Assembly: GCF_009914755.1 (NCBI RefSeq)
Contig: NC_060928.1
Length of the DNA: 64,000 nt
Reading direction: 5' to 3' (one strand)
Origin: the human T2T-CHM13v2.0 reference genome, Homo sapiens
Both the position numbers and the translations under genes were made by a program. How positions within the stretch are numbered: the stretch's first letter is position 1; each line of letters starts with the position of its first letter. Shown piece by piece: positions 1 through 12,569 of the stretch. The notes under the pieces were generated by a model. The model saw only the letters and a program-made list of their open reading frames with translations, had not been told where the DNA came from and searched no databases.

Positions 1-409
1 GTTATTATTTTGGGTGGGTAAGAGCAATTAACTATACAAATGGCTACAGATAGAATTTTCATGCTATGTGAAGAGTCTAAGGAGATAGATTCTAGCCATA
101 TCTATCAATGAAGCAAAGAAGATATCTCCATTTTTGTAACCAGATAAAAAATCACCACGATTAATTTAAAATTAATCAAACTAAATTTTATACATGCTCG
201 GACAAAGTTGGCAAATTATGTTCTTATTGACATAGGATTTAATAATTTTGTACTCCAGACAGAAACAAGTGTTATTTAAGGAAACACTATAAAAGTCTGT
301 TTTTAAATTTTCCAAGAATAACTTCTTGTTTCTGATAATATTATTAGTAGCTGATAGTGTCCAAATGCTAACTTTGGGGTACATACTATTTTATGGGCTG
401 TTTTCTATT

Positions 410-560
410 AACTTACGTATTCCCCGCAACCCAATAAGGTGGGTACTAATAACAGTCCCATTTAATCTGTAATACAACTGAAGTAAAGAGAAATTTGTCC
501 AAGGACACATATTTAGCAAAATCTGTAGTTACAATCTGATCCTAAGTCCAAATCTGATTC
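410..560 (-). mobile_element. MIR SINE remnant
   Basis: Degenerate MIR core in antisense: 'caacccaataaggtgggtactaataacagtcccattt...aactgaagtaaagaga...tgtccaaggacaca'. Confidence 0.55.
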
Positions 561-812
561 CATTTCCTTAATTATACTCTACTACTCTGAGGCAGTATGT
601 CCTATTGTCTCTCCCTGTTGCCCATTCAACCCAAGAGATTTTATTAAAAGGACATGGAAGTTAATGGTTCAGTTGAATTAACAACAATTTTGATAGTGAC
701 CAAGGCAACTGTATATAAAATTTTAATATTTGCAATAAGAAACCCAATGGATAGGTCAAAGAGCAAAATGAATACAGCTAAATCATAAATCAGAAATGGA
801 TAAAGAGAAAAT

Positions 813-1214
813 TGCTATAGCTTGAATTCATGTTTCTCTCCAAAATTCATGTATTAAGTCTCAGATGATGGTATTAAGAGGTGAAGCCATTTGGCAAGTA
901 ACTAAGTCATTAGGCATCTGCCCTCATGAGCGGATTAGTGCTCTTTTAAAAGAGGTTGATGGAAGCCCTGATGCTTTTTGATGCCTTTTTCTCTTCAGTC
1001 TTCACCATGTGAGAACATAGAGTCTCCATATTTTGCCCTGTGAAGATGCAGTAAGAGGTACCATTTTGGAAGCAGAGAGCAGTCCTTGCCAGACACAATC
1101 TGCCAGCACCTTGATCTTGGGTTTCCAGGCTCCAGAACTGTGAGAAATAAATTTTATTGCCTATAAATTAGCGAGTGTGGGTTTTTTGTTATAGTGTCAT
1201 GAATGGACTAAGAT
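813..1214 (+). mobile_element. MLT1A-like MaLR solo LTR
   Basis: Starts 'tgctatagcttgaat', contains 'ctgccagcaccttgatcttgg...ctccagaactgtgagaaataaa', ends 'atggactaaga'. Confidence 0.85.
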
Positions 1215-1907
1215 GAAATGTGAACATGAGGTAAGGAGATACAAAGGATAGAAATAAAGGTACTTCCTTACCTGTAAAACAACTTCCAGGAAAAAAGAGA
1301 AATAAAACATATATATGTGAAAAAATAGTGACAAAGAATTGCCATAAAAAAGAAAACTGTGAGACATCATATTTAAAAAATTAATGGAATGCTACGTGGT
1401 GTGCATAAGAAGGAATTCAGAGCCGAAAGCAATACAGCCGAATTAGAAAAAATCAAAGACAAGGATGAAATTGTAAAATCTTGCAAAGAGTGAGAATTAT
1501 AAAAGAAAAATAATGAGACAGAAAGTACTCTTGGTATAAACATTTAATATAAAAAGGCAATGGGGTCATATTTCCAAAATGTCAAAGGAAAATAACTTTA
1601 AGCCTAGAATTTCATACCTAGTAAAATTATATTTTAAATATGAAGACAAAATCAATATGTTAAGAGTCATATTAACATTGGAAATTCAACTAACGAATGT
1701 TTTTGAAAATGCACTTGAAGAAAAATATCCTAATAGAACAAGGAAGGAGAATTCAGGATATTATAAGATTTTCATGAGGGTAATTAAGAATTAAGTTAAA
1801 CGAAGTTGCTGCTGTTGTATGAATAAGGAGTCACACACACAAAAAAAGACATAGACATAAAAATACTAAGATAGGTTCTATGTGATAAAACATAAAGGGG
1901 TGGGGCT

Positions 1908-2284
1908 TGTCTTTGTCAATAGTGGGCCGCTAGAACAATGTACCATAGACTGGGTGGCTTAAACAGTAAACAGTTACTGCTTTCAGTTCTGAAGGCTGGT
2001 AAGGCCAAGGTCAAAGTTCAGCTGATTCAGTGTCTGGTGAAGGCCCTTTTTCTGGTTTGCAAGTGGTCACCTTCTTGCCATATCTTTGCATGGCAGAGAG
2101 AAGGCTATGGTCTCTCCCTCTTCTTATATGGACACAAATCCCATCCATGGTGGCTGCACCCTCATGACTGCATCTAAATCTAATGACTTACCTCCTAAAG
2201 GCCACATCTCTAACTACCATTACAATTGGGATTAGGGCTTCAACAGATAAATTTTGGGAGGACACAAACATTTAGTCTATAGCA
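1908..2284 (-). mobile_element. MLT1A/B-like MaLR solo LTR
   Basis: 'taccatagactgggtggcttaaaca...' to 'gacacaaacatttagtctatagca'. 5-bp TSD gggct/gggtt. Confidence 0.85.
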
Positions 2285-3472
2285 GGGTTGGGGGAAGTAC
2301 AGAGAGGTAAAAATGTGATAACAGGATGTGCTTATGGAACAACTATGAATTTAATTAAGACTTAAAAATTTGGAAAATTAGAATTATATATATATTAACT
2401 TAAAACCACATGTTTAATGCCAATTTAAGTATCACCACTTCAAGAATAAAATTTGAATATATAGATTTGAAACAAGCAAAAGAAAAACTAAGACAGACAC
2501 AAAAATAAATTATAACAATACTTTAAATAATAATGTTAGAAAGCATGACATCAGAGGGTTGACATAGCTAACAAAAATATTCCATAAAATAAAGGTAAAC
2601 GTTTTAAACTCTTTGTTAAAAAGGCAGAGACACAGAGCTTAGGCTATATCAAACAAAATCTGGTAGTCTGATCTCTATAAGAGATACAGTTAAAAGCAAA
2701 GTTAAAAGATACAGCTAAACACTATCTACAAGTGTTTAAACCAAAAACCTAAACAGGACATATCACGTAAAGATGATACAAAAGAATGCTGTGGTAGAAT
2801 TTTTAAATCAGAAAATTTAGAACATTAAAAAATTATCATAATGGGCAAAGAGAGACACTACCATTGATAGGAAAAATAAGTCAAGTAGATATAATTACTA
2901 CGAAAACGTATGCACCTAATGTAATAAAATATCAAGCAATTACTGATTCATCAAGCTGTAGTTATTAATGGTAACATAACATTCTCAGTAGTGGATATAT
3001 AAAGTAGACAAAAACAAGCATTTGTGAAGAATTGAATAATAGGAATAATAATTTTGAGGTCCTTTTTTTCTACATTTAAGTTATGCCTGTGTGTGTGCAT
3101 TCTTTTCCAATGAGAAATAATTATGACTTAGATTTGTTGGCAAGTAAAATTCCTCCTAAGCAAAGATCATCTAACATCTGTCTTATAAATAGGGAAATTT
3201 TAATGATTTATTACATGCGAGATACTAAGAAACAGCAGTAGTATTTTTACTCTCCAGGCAATCTGATTAGTCAAAATGGAAGAAGTGGAACAAGGACTTT
3301 GGAGTTAGGCTCACCTGTGAGATATTTTCCAAAGATAAGGGAATGTATTATGTATCTTAGGACAATCAAAATAACGAGAAAGAATGTCAACATACTTGAG
3401 AATGATACAGAGCTACTGCTGATATAAGAATTAAAATTCAATATATTTGGCTCTGAAATGCCCAAGTATTCA

Positions 3473-3541
3473 CATTAACTTTATTAGAATGTTTCAACTA
3501 ATTTTACTCAAAAGCATTAACTTTATTAGAATGTTTCAACT
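3473..3541. repeat. Perfect 27-bp direct repeat with 15-bp spacer
   Basis: cattaactttattagaatgtttcaact at 3473-3499 and 3515-3541. Confidence 0.95.
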
Positions 3542-4654
3542 CTCTCAAACGTAAAGATAGATAAGAATAAGAGTCACATGCTTATAAATATAAATCCCAA
3601 ATAATTTATTTATATTGCATCACTCCACAAAAAATTAACTAAATAAATATTTTATTTTTATTCTAAAAATGTTGCTTGGCTTCTGTAGTTTTAAAAAACT
3701 AGTGTTGTTTATACGCATGGCGATAGATGGGTTCCATGTTTTTTCCTTATTTTTGACTTCTTTGTGACTTGGCTCAAGTTAACCTTTGCAACTTGTTCAA
3801 TGAGAAACTCCAGTGAACTGTGTCACCATACACAATTAATGGTTGAATGGTCTATAATAAATGAAAATGCCACCACTGCTTAGCAATTAGCTTATGGATT
3901 ATCTCCAACCACTTAGAAACTCTTCCATCTGCAGCATTTAAACATGCTGAGTGATTTAAATATACTTAAAGTGAGCAGCAATATTCAATTACTCGTTGGT
4001 TCATTGTGTGGAATTGTCATCATTATGATTAATAGCCCTTATAAAAAACAATTAATTTGGTATCTTGTTGCTAGGTCAACTATAAAAGCTAATTCTCTTA
4101 AGAGAAAATTAGTTTATCAGTACATACCCTTTTATAATGTTTTGATCTAAAATATTAATGTGATCTCTTTTTTAAAAAAGTTGTAGAACTTTAGTATGAC
4201 AAATGCATCTCTATTGTTGACCTGGGGGAGAGGGATTATTTATGTTTTATACCGAAAGAACATAGTGACAGGTAAAAGGGAAATAAATGCTTCAATTTAC
4301 ACAGAAATCAGGTGTAGAAATTAGGTATATCTCATATTTCAGATCTATCTTTGGGAACTCAATTATTCACATTGAAGAGAGAAATTGCAGCTAGACAAAG
4401 GCATTTGCCTTCTCATAGAAGAGTTCAAGTACCCAGGAGATATGCTTCATTTCAAACCCAGTAGCACAAAACACAAATTACTATCTCATCTCATCTGACG
4501 AAATCACTGAGTTAAAAAGAAAACAAGAAACAAAGCAAAACAGCCTTTTTCTCAGCAAATGTTTTCAATAGGGATATAAAAGAACTATTCTTGACTTATT
4601 CATCATCCCCTGGGTGAGGTGAGAGAAAACAGCACTCTGTTCTTTCGAAAATCA

Positions 4655-5149
<495 letters not shown>

Positions 5150-5747
5150 TTAGACATGTTAATCACTTTTCTAGTTTTCATTTCCTTTTCCAAGATTATT
5201 GCCTAACCTATTAATCATTTCCATAATGATAATTTCCATTATGACCAGTATTTTCTCAATTAATCAAATTCTTTAAGCTTATGCAGAAGTTTCTTACATG
5301 ATAAATTATTACTCTGAGTTTGTCATGTGTCTTGATAAAAAATAAATTCTAAAAATGTATAAAACTGTAGAACTGGAGTGAAAGTTGAAAGATATTCAAA
5401 TTAGGTTTTATTCATTACATACATTGCTGCCAATATCACTACTGAAAAATTTTGTGACTGCAGTTTCAAATGGCAATTTATTGTCTGCCTTATTCTTATT
5501 GAACAGTCTATTGATGTGACTGTCAGGGTTTTCTTTTTCATGCACCAGCACCACCTTAAATGTATTTTTATTTTATTTATTCATAGGTAATGATACCTAT
5601 GAATAATTCTTCATTCCATTATAAGCCCTTAAGAATAGTGGCTGTATTTTACTCATCTTTCTATCACCTATATTTAGTCCAGTAGATGGTTTTTAAATAT
5701 GTGTTGAATTAATAAATGAATGAAGCAATAATTCACTCAGTTAATAT

Positions 5748-6107
5748 TGTCTTAATTTATTTAGGCTGCCATAACAAAATACTATAAACTGGTTAGCTTA
5801 TAAACAACAGAAATTTATTTCTTACACCTCTGGTGGCTGCAAAGTCCAAGACCAATGTACTAGTTGGTTTGGTATCTTGTGAGGGCCTATTTCTTGGTAT
5901 CTTCATAAATGGAACTTTCCAAGTTGTATCCTTATATGGTAAAAGGGGCAAGGCCATTCTCTGGGAACACCCCCCCGCCACTTTTTTTTAATAAGGTCAC
6001 TAGTTTCATTTTTCAAGGCTCTACATTTATGAAATAATCACCTTCCAAAGGCCCCAACACCTAATACCATCACCTTAAGGGAGGACATCAAAATTCAGAC
6101 CATAGCA
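5748..6107 (-). mobile_element. MLT1A-like MaLR solo LTR
   Basis: 'tgtcttaatttatttaggctgccataacaaaatac...aacaacagaaatttattt' to 'attcagaccatagca'. Confidence 0.85.
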
Positions 6108-6639
6108 GATAGAGTAATTCATTTTATTCAGCAAATTTATTGAGAATGTACTGAGAAAAAATAATTGTTCTAAGACATGCATACATAATGATAGGCAAAA
6201 TATCATTGTACAATATTACCGTCAATTCGATTGTCCAATAATATTTCCTACTGGCAATATTGAGGTATCCATAAATCCGTATAGGTATAACATGGGACTC
6301 AGAAACCACATGGCTTACTCTTAGGCCAATTAGTCTGGCCAAAATCCAAGAATAGATCCTCAGCAATTTGCAAGTGAATGAAAATTAATCAGAGAGAGCT
6401 TCAATTAGGTTACAAAGATTTAAAAACTATAGGAAAGCAAAGAAAAAAATAACTACTACTCTCTAATTTATACAGCACGTTATGGTTTATAAAATATATT
6501 TGGGAATGATTTTGACTCAGAAGAACATTAAAAAATAGGCTTGACTTTGTTATAACCATTTTACAGTCAAGGAAATAAATTCACAAAAATTTAGGGGACT
6601 TCACAAGGTATTATGGAAATTTGAGCCAAGAAAATTCTA

Positions 6640-6795
6640 CAGCCTTGCTTCTCAAAGTGTGGTCCTTAGATCAGTAGTATATACCTTGTTGGAAATGCAG
6701 AATTTTAAGCCCCAGACCTGAATCAAAATCTGTCTTTAAACATGTTTCCAAGTGATTCATAGGCATATGTAATACAATGTTTGAGAAACGCTAGT
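6640..6795. mobile_element. MER5A-like hAT-Charlie MITE
   Basis: 'ttctcaaagtgtggtcc...ttgttggaaatgcagaatt...tgaatcaaaatctg...gtttgagaaac', with terminal inverted ttctcaaa/tttgagaa. Confidence 0.75.
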
Positions 6796-8040
6796 CTACT
6801 TTTCTCCACACTATAGCATATCTACTATTACAGTAACAAATTTAGGCATTATTTAAAAATGCAATAGCCTGCCTAGAAATAGCAGAGGCTTAGGGGTAAA
6901 AATGCAAACCTACAGACACAGAACCCAGTGAATAGAAACTATGACCAATATTTGAGGGTTTTGTTAACTCACTTTGCAAAGACAGTGTTTTGGGGTAAAA
7001 TAAGAGACTTCAAAATAAATGACAAATAATGCATGAGAAAGCCAAGGATCAGTGCTGAGTGTATAAAATTAAGACTGGGATTATAAGCACACGTGATGCA
7101 GCTTTCTTCATTTCGGTCATTAAAGGGCCTATCAAGTCTTTACAATTAAAGATAAATTCCCAATTGTGATAATTAAATAAAATATAAAAATTAATAGTGA
7201 CAGAAAAGATCATTCTATGATATGTATCAGAAATTGCAATCCATATAATTGCCAAATTAAATTAGAATGTTGTCATGTGGAAGCTAGAATATACTGAAAT
7301 GTAAAGGCATTTATTAAACTATTTCTTTTGTTCTGTTTATTTTATGAAGTATGTTGACTATTTTTTTCTTTCCTATGCTGACTCTTAATGTCAATATTGG
7401 ATAAGATCTCAAAATAATATTTTACATGAGAAAATGTGAATAAATACAGGAACATTTACTTTAGTTTTTGTTGCTACACACTTCATAGAGTTTTCCAAAA
7501 AGAAGTGTAAGAATGTATAAAGACAACAAATAAATTTCCTTGTGAACTCAAATGACTATGAACCATCTAGAAAGTAGATAAAAAATTCATTTTAGTCCAT
7601 TTGAGAGGTAGAAAATATTTAGAGGTTTCAACTGTCTGAATTCATAGATAAGCAGCTACCTCTTTGGCTACATGTTTAAAGTGTAGATTTCCTTCTCCCT
7701 CAGAGATTTGCTTATTATTGATATTGATAGACTGTACTGAAATTCACACAAATTTCTAGTTTTCATACAGAATATACCTTCACACATACAAAGATTCTGA
7801 GCACTTTAAATAATACTGAAGCCACTCTGTACTACTGTTATCAATCTTTAATAGCTTAATATTGAAATGATCATTTCATAAATGCTTAATGAGGTAAAAT
7901 GCACCTGGCTTATAGATTTAAAGGGGGGTTAAAAAGTAATGCATCATGTGACATCTGCCTCAAAAGAAAAGCACTATGATTTGGCAAATATCATTATATG
8001 ATGAAAAATCATAATGTGTCAGCTTTCACCTGTCAGCATG

Positions 8041-8458
8041 TGTGATGATGGTTAATTTTATGTGTCAACTTGACTGGTCCACAGACTGCTCAGACAGTTG
8101 GTTAATTATTATGAGAGTGTCTATGAGAGTATTTTTAGGTAAGATTTACACTTCAATCAATAGACAAAGTAAAAGCAGATTGCTCTCCACGGTGTGGGTG
8201 TGCATAGTCCAATCTATTGAAGGCATAAATAAAACAAAAGGTCTGAATAACTGGGAATTTGTTCTCTGCCTGACTCTCTTCAAGCTAAGACATGGGTCTT
8301 CTTTCTTTGGACTCAGAGTTGTGCCGAAACTTACATAATTGACAATCTTGGTTCTCAGGGCTTTAGACTAGAATTATATTATTGGCCCTCCTCAGTTTCC
8401 AGCTTGCCAAATGCAGATCTTGGGAATCTCAGCCTCCAAAATCACATGTGCCATTTTT
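8041..8458 (+). mobile_element. MLT2-family ERVL LTR
   Basis: Begins 'tgtgatgatggttaattttatgtgtcaacttgactgg'. Contains 'gcagattgctctcc', 'tccaatc' and 'gcagatcttggga..ctcagcctcca'. Confidence 0.85.
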
Positions 8459-9081
8459 TGGAGAATTCAACATGTAACATTGGGGAATTTATCTACATCT
8501 CGGTGTTCTCATTTTTAAATGAGGATAATACCACTCCTTCTTTTATCAACTTCCTCAACAAATATTTACTGGATAAATGGGACAAACAAAGTCTCATTTC
8601 AATGGAGGATACCAGCATGGGAGATGAACTGTTTAATAGAATGACATAAAATAAACCAAATGCTCTCATCTAGTAATACATGTAATAAATGAATTAAATA
8701 AAAATAAAGTGATGAACAGAGCCTGAGAGGTTATTGAAACTTATTTGCATATAATATCTGGGGAAGCCATCTCTGAGGAGGTAATGTTTGAGCCAGGAAG
8801 TCAAAGATAACAAAGCATTAATCACTGAAAGAGCTGATTAAATCCATTAAATTTTAAATACTACTTTCTCTTTAAAGGAAAAGAATTTAAATGGCAAACA
8901 TAGTAAGGACAAGAAACTATGGTGTATGAATTATGTCACTTTACATATGAGAAGATTGCAAGTTAATATTTTAGCACTCATCAATGAAAAACAAAATTAT
9001 TATGCCAATCACAATGATATATAAAAATGACATGCCTTCTACCAAAAAACATATATATATGAAGAACCAGTTGTGAGTGGG

Positions 9082-9440
9082 TGTATTAGTCTGTTTTCAC
9101 ACTGCTGATAAAGACATACCTGAGACTGGGTAATTTATAAAGAAAAAGAGGTTTACTGAATTCACAATTCCATGTGGCTGGAGAGGCCTCACAATCATGA
9201 CAGAAGGCAAAAGGCACATCTTACACGGTGGCAGGCAAAAAAAGAGAGAATGAAAGCCAATCAAAAGGGGAAGCCCTTTATAAAACCATCAGATCTCATA
9301 GGACTTATTCACTACCAGGAGAACTGTATGAGGGACAACACCCCCATGATTAAATTATCACTTACCTGATCCCTCCCACAACACATGGGAATTATGGGAG
9401 TTACAGTTCAAGATGAGATTTGGGTGAGGACACAGCCAAA
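9082..9440 (-). mobile_element. THE1 (THE1B/C-like) MaLR solo LTR
   Basis: 'tgtattagtctgttttcacactgctgataaagacatacctgagactgggtaatttata' to 'caagatgagatttgggtgaggacacagccaaa'. Confidence 0.93.
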
Positions 9441-10758
9441 AAGAGTTTCTATAAAAATATGACTGATATTAATATATTTATTATATATTAATTAATTAAT
9501 GAGATTGATGAGGCCAAACATTCAAAACACATAAGCAAGAAATGAAAAGTACAGAGCATTCTAAAGGACTCCAAGCAGATGCAGAAGAGAAAAGAAAGTC
9601 AGGCCTGTGACTTCCTTTAGAGCTTAGATTCTATGTAGCAATAATCTTCATGAAAAGGTAACTGCCCATTTATTTTTATCAATTAACAACAGCAAGATAT
9701 ACAAACATATGCTATAGAAATTTTAATATGCTGTTAATTTAATTAGCTGTTAAACTATATTTTTTTGTATGAAACAAATGGGAAAGAGTATCTAGATCAT
9801 TTTCTGAACTCTAGGAAGACTGAATAAAATATAAAATATGTATCTACAGTTAATGTTACAGATCATAGAAGTCCCTAAATGAATATCTGAGTTTGCCTAT
9901 AAGGACCAAATTATTTCATAACTTTCATAAAATTATTTAATGAATAAAACATTAATAATCATGTAATTATAATTATAAAACAAAACCAAGGACCTATGAA
10001 ATAATCCTATTTACTTTGGGAACACAATGAGAACCAGGAAACTATAGATCTTCCTACAGATCCTATAGGAAGAGGGTCCTATAAAAGGACACCTATAAAA
10101 CTGGTCATAGTGAAATGTGCTAGGCTGACTCACTACAGAGATGATTGGGGCAGAAAAAGCATACACCTCAAATATAATTTATAGAATTCTACAATCTATG
10201 TTTTTGTTCCCTTAGGAGTTTCAGGATAAATTGTTCAGAATTCTGGATTATATTGTGATGCAATAGAATGTAGGTAGAGTAGGATTTTACTGTGAGGGGT
10301 TAGAATGTAGAAGGTAGAATGTAGGTAGAGAAAATAAATTTATTTTTATCCAAATAATGTGTTATTTTCCTGTAGTCAAATCATATCCAACTGTTTTTTT
10401 TTCACTATAGTGAAATTATACTTAATATCATTTTAGATGTATTATTTTCAACAAGGAACTCCTGGAATTTTATTGTGACTTAAGGCAGCAGTATAGCACA
10501 GTTTATTGATTTTTATTGCATGCAGAATATACATTTACACTCCATTCATTAACCTTAGAAAGATATTTGACTTAATAAAAACATTTGGAAATGTTTGTTG
10601 CTACATTTGTTATCAACTTAGGAAAAAACAGCTATCATCAGTGGCAAGACTCACTAAACTTGATTGATTGCTTGAAATGAGGCAGGACATAAATTGTAAT
10701 ATGTTTTCAACAACATAAATTGCTTCATTTGGAAAGAAACTGCATCTACATTCTATAA

Positions 10759-11327
10759 TGTATCCATATTAACCAGGTTCCTTTATGATGATGATGGTGA
10801 TGAAGCTTAAACATCTTGCTGACCCTGGAGGGTCAGCCCCTCAGGGTTAGCCCATCTTAAAGACAGTAAACAACTCTCCCATAAGTGCATTTTTCAACTG
10901 TATACCAAACAACCCAGTTTCTATATTCCCAACCTAGTATCTCTTTTATTAGGCTCTCACATTCTGGGCCACTGTCTACCTGCCCTGATCACAAAGGGGC
11001 AGGTTCCAGAAAACTATGGAGAGCTCCACAATTCCAGGGCTTGCTGAAGTTATTCAAACTAGCCAATCCTATGACTGCTTACCTTGCGTCACTCATTCCT
11101 GCCTACGGAAATCACAAATAAAGGTTCTTCATGCATTATATCTGTCCTTCTTCCCCCTGAATGTTCCTGGTTAGAAGGGGAATCCTTGTGAGACCCCTCC
11201 TTCCTATCAGGTGGGGTAACCCCTGCCCCTTAAGGTCTGTGAGCATAGTGTGTTTTTTCAATGATAGTTATCTCCTGAATTGTTGGCCTTATCATGCATA
11301 AATAACAAAGAAACCTTCATTAAAACA
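10759..11327 (+). mobile_element. Old ERVL-class LTR (MER73/MER74-like; family uncertain)
   Basis: tg...ca ends, 'ttattcaaactagccaatccta...aaataaagg' (CCAAT and polyA signal). Family assignment is from memory. Confidence 0.55.
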
Positions 11328-11386
11328 GTGTTATATTTTTCAAAGTAGAAAAAGTATAATATTATTTTTTGAAAATAAGCTTTGTT

Positions 11387-11832
11387 GACTTGGAACCAAC
11401 CCAAATGTCCATCAATGATAGACTGGATTAAGAAAACGTGGCACATATACGCCATGGAATACTATGCAGCCATAAAAAAGGATGAGTTCATGTCCTTTGT
11501 AGGGACACGGATGAAGCTGGAAACCATCATTCTCAGCAAACTATGGCAAGGCCAAAAAACCAAACACCGCATGTTCTCACTCATAGGTGGGAATTGAACA
11601 ATGAGAACACATGGGCACAGGAAGGGGAACATCACACACCGGGGCCTGTTGGGGGGTTGGGGGAGGGAGGAGGGCTAGCATTAGGAGATACACCTAATGT
11701 AAATGATGAGTTAATGGGTGCAGCACACCAACATGGCACATGTATACATATGTAACAAACCTGCACGTTGTGCACATGTACCCTAGACTAGACTTAAAAT
11801 ATAATTAGACAAAAAAAAAAGAAAAAAAAAAG
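11387..11832 (+). mobile_element. L1PA (PA4/5-like) 5'-truncated 3' end
   Basis: ORF2 C-terminus TWNQPKCPSMIDWIKK...MFSLIGGN, 3'UTR G-rich tract, polyA. TSD aaataagcttt. Confidence 0.95.
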
Positions 11833-11841
11833 GAAATAAGC

Positions 11842-12568
11842 TTTTTTTTTTTTTTTTTTTTTTTAGGGGAGTTTTACATTCACAGCAAAAATGAGTAGAT
11901 GGTTCTCAGAGATTCCCCATATACCTACTGCCTCCACACATGCATAGTTTCTCCCATTATCAACATCCCCCACCAGACTGGTACATTTGTTAAAACTGAT
12001 GAAACTACACTGACATGTCATTATCACCTACAGTTCAGGATTTGTGTTAGGGTTCAACCTTGGCGTTGTGCATTGTACAGGCTTGGAAAAATGTATAAGG
12101 ACATGTATCCACTATTACATATCATACAGAATAGTTTTATAGCACTAACAATCCTATGTGCTCTGTCTCCTCTTCTCTCTCTCCCCCTGACCCCTGGCAA
12201 CTACTGGTCTTTTTTTTTTTTTTTTTTTTTTGTCTCCATGGTATTGCATTTTCCAGAATGTCATATAGTTGGAATCATATAGTATATACCTTTACAGATT
12301 GGCTTCTTTCTCTTTGTAATATGCATTTAAGTTCCCTTCACGTTTTCATGGCTTGATAGCTCTTTTTGTGTGCTTAATGATATTCCAGTGTGAGATATAC
12401 CATAGTTTATTTATCTATCTCTGTATTAGAGTAATGCTGGCCTCATAGAATGATTTAGGAAATACTGTCTCTGCTCCTACCTTCTGAAAGGGAATATATA
12501 CAATTGGCATAATCTCTTCCTTAAATGTTTGGTAGAATTCTCTAGTTAACCCATCTAGGACTAGTGAC
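11842..12568 (-). mobile_element. L1MC-like 3' end plus ORF2 fragment
   Basis: Poly-T, then 'ctcccattatcaacatcccccaccagactggtacatttgtt...tgacatgtcattatcacc'. 12425-12568 is ORF2-like ('taatgctggcctcatagaatga...aaatgtttggtagaattc'). Confidence 0.8.
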
Positions 12569-12569
12569 A

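Larger units (their letters stand above)
700..3050 (+). mobile_element. Ancient L1 (L1M class) ORF1/ORF2-start remnant, interrupted by two MLT1 LTRs
   Basis: ORF 1579-1794 'KENNFKPRISYLVKLYFKYEDKI' resembles the L1 ORF1p C-terminus (KEKNFQPRISYPAKLSF.SEGEI). The 2575-2700 segment resembles the ORF2 endonuclease N-terminus (NVNGLN..IKR.R...IK.Q...C.LQETH). Confidence 0.65.
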
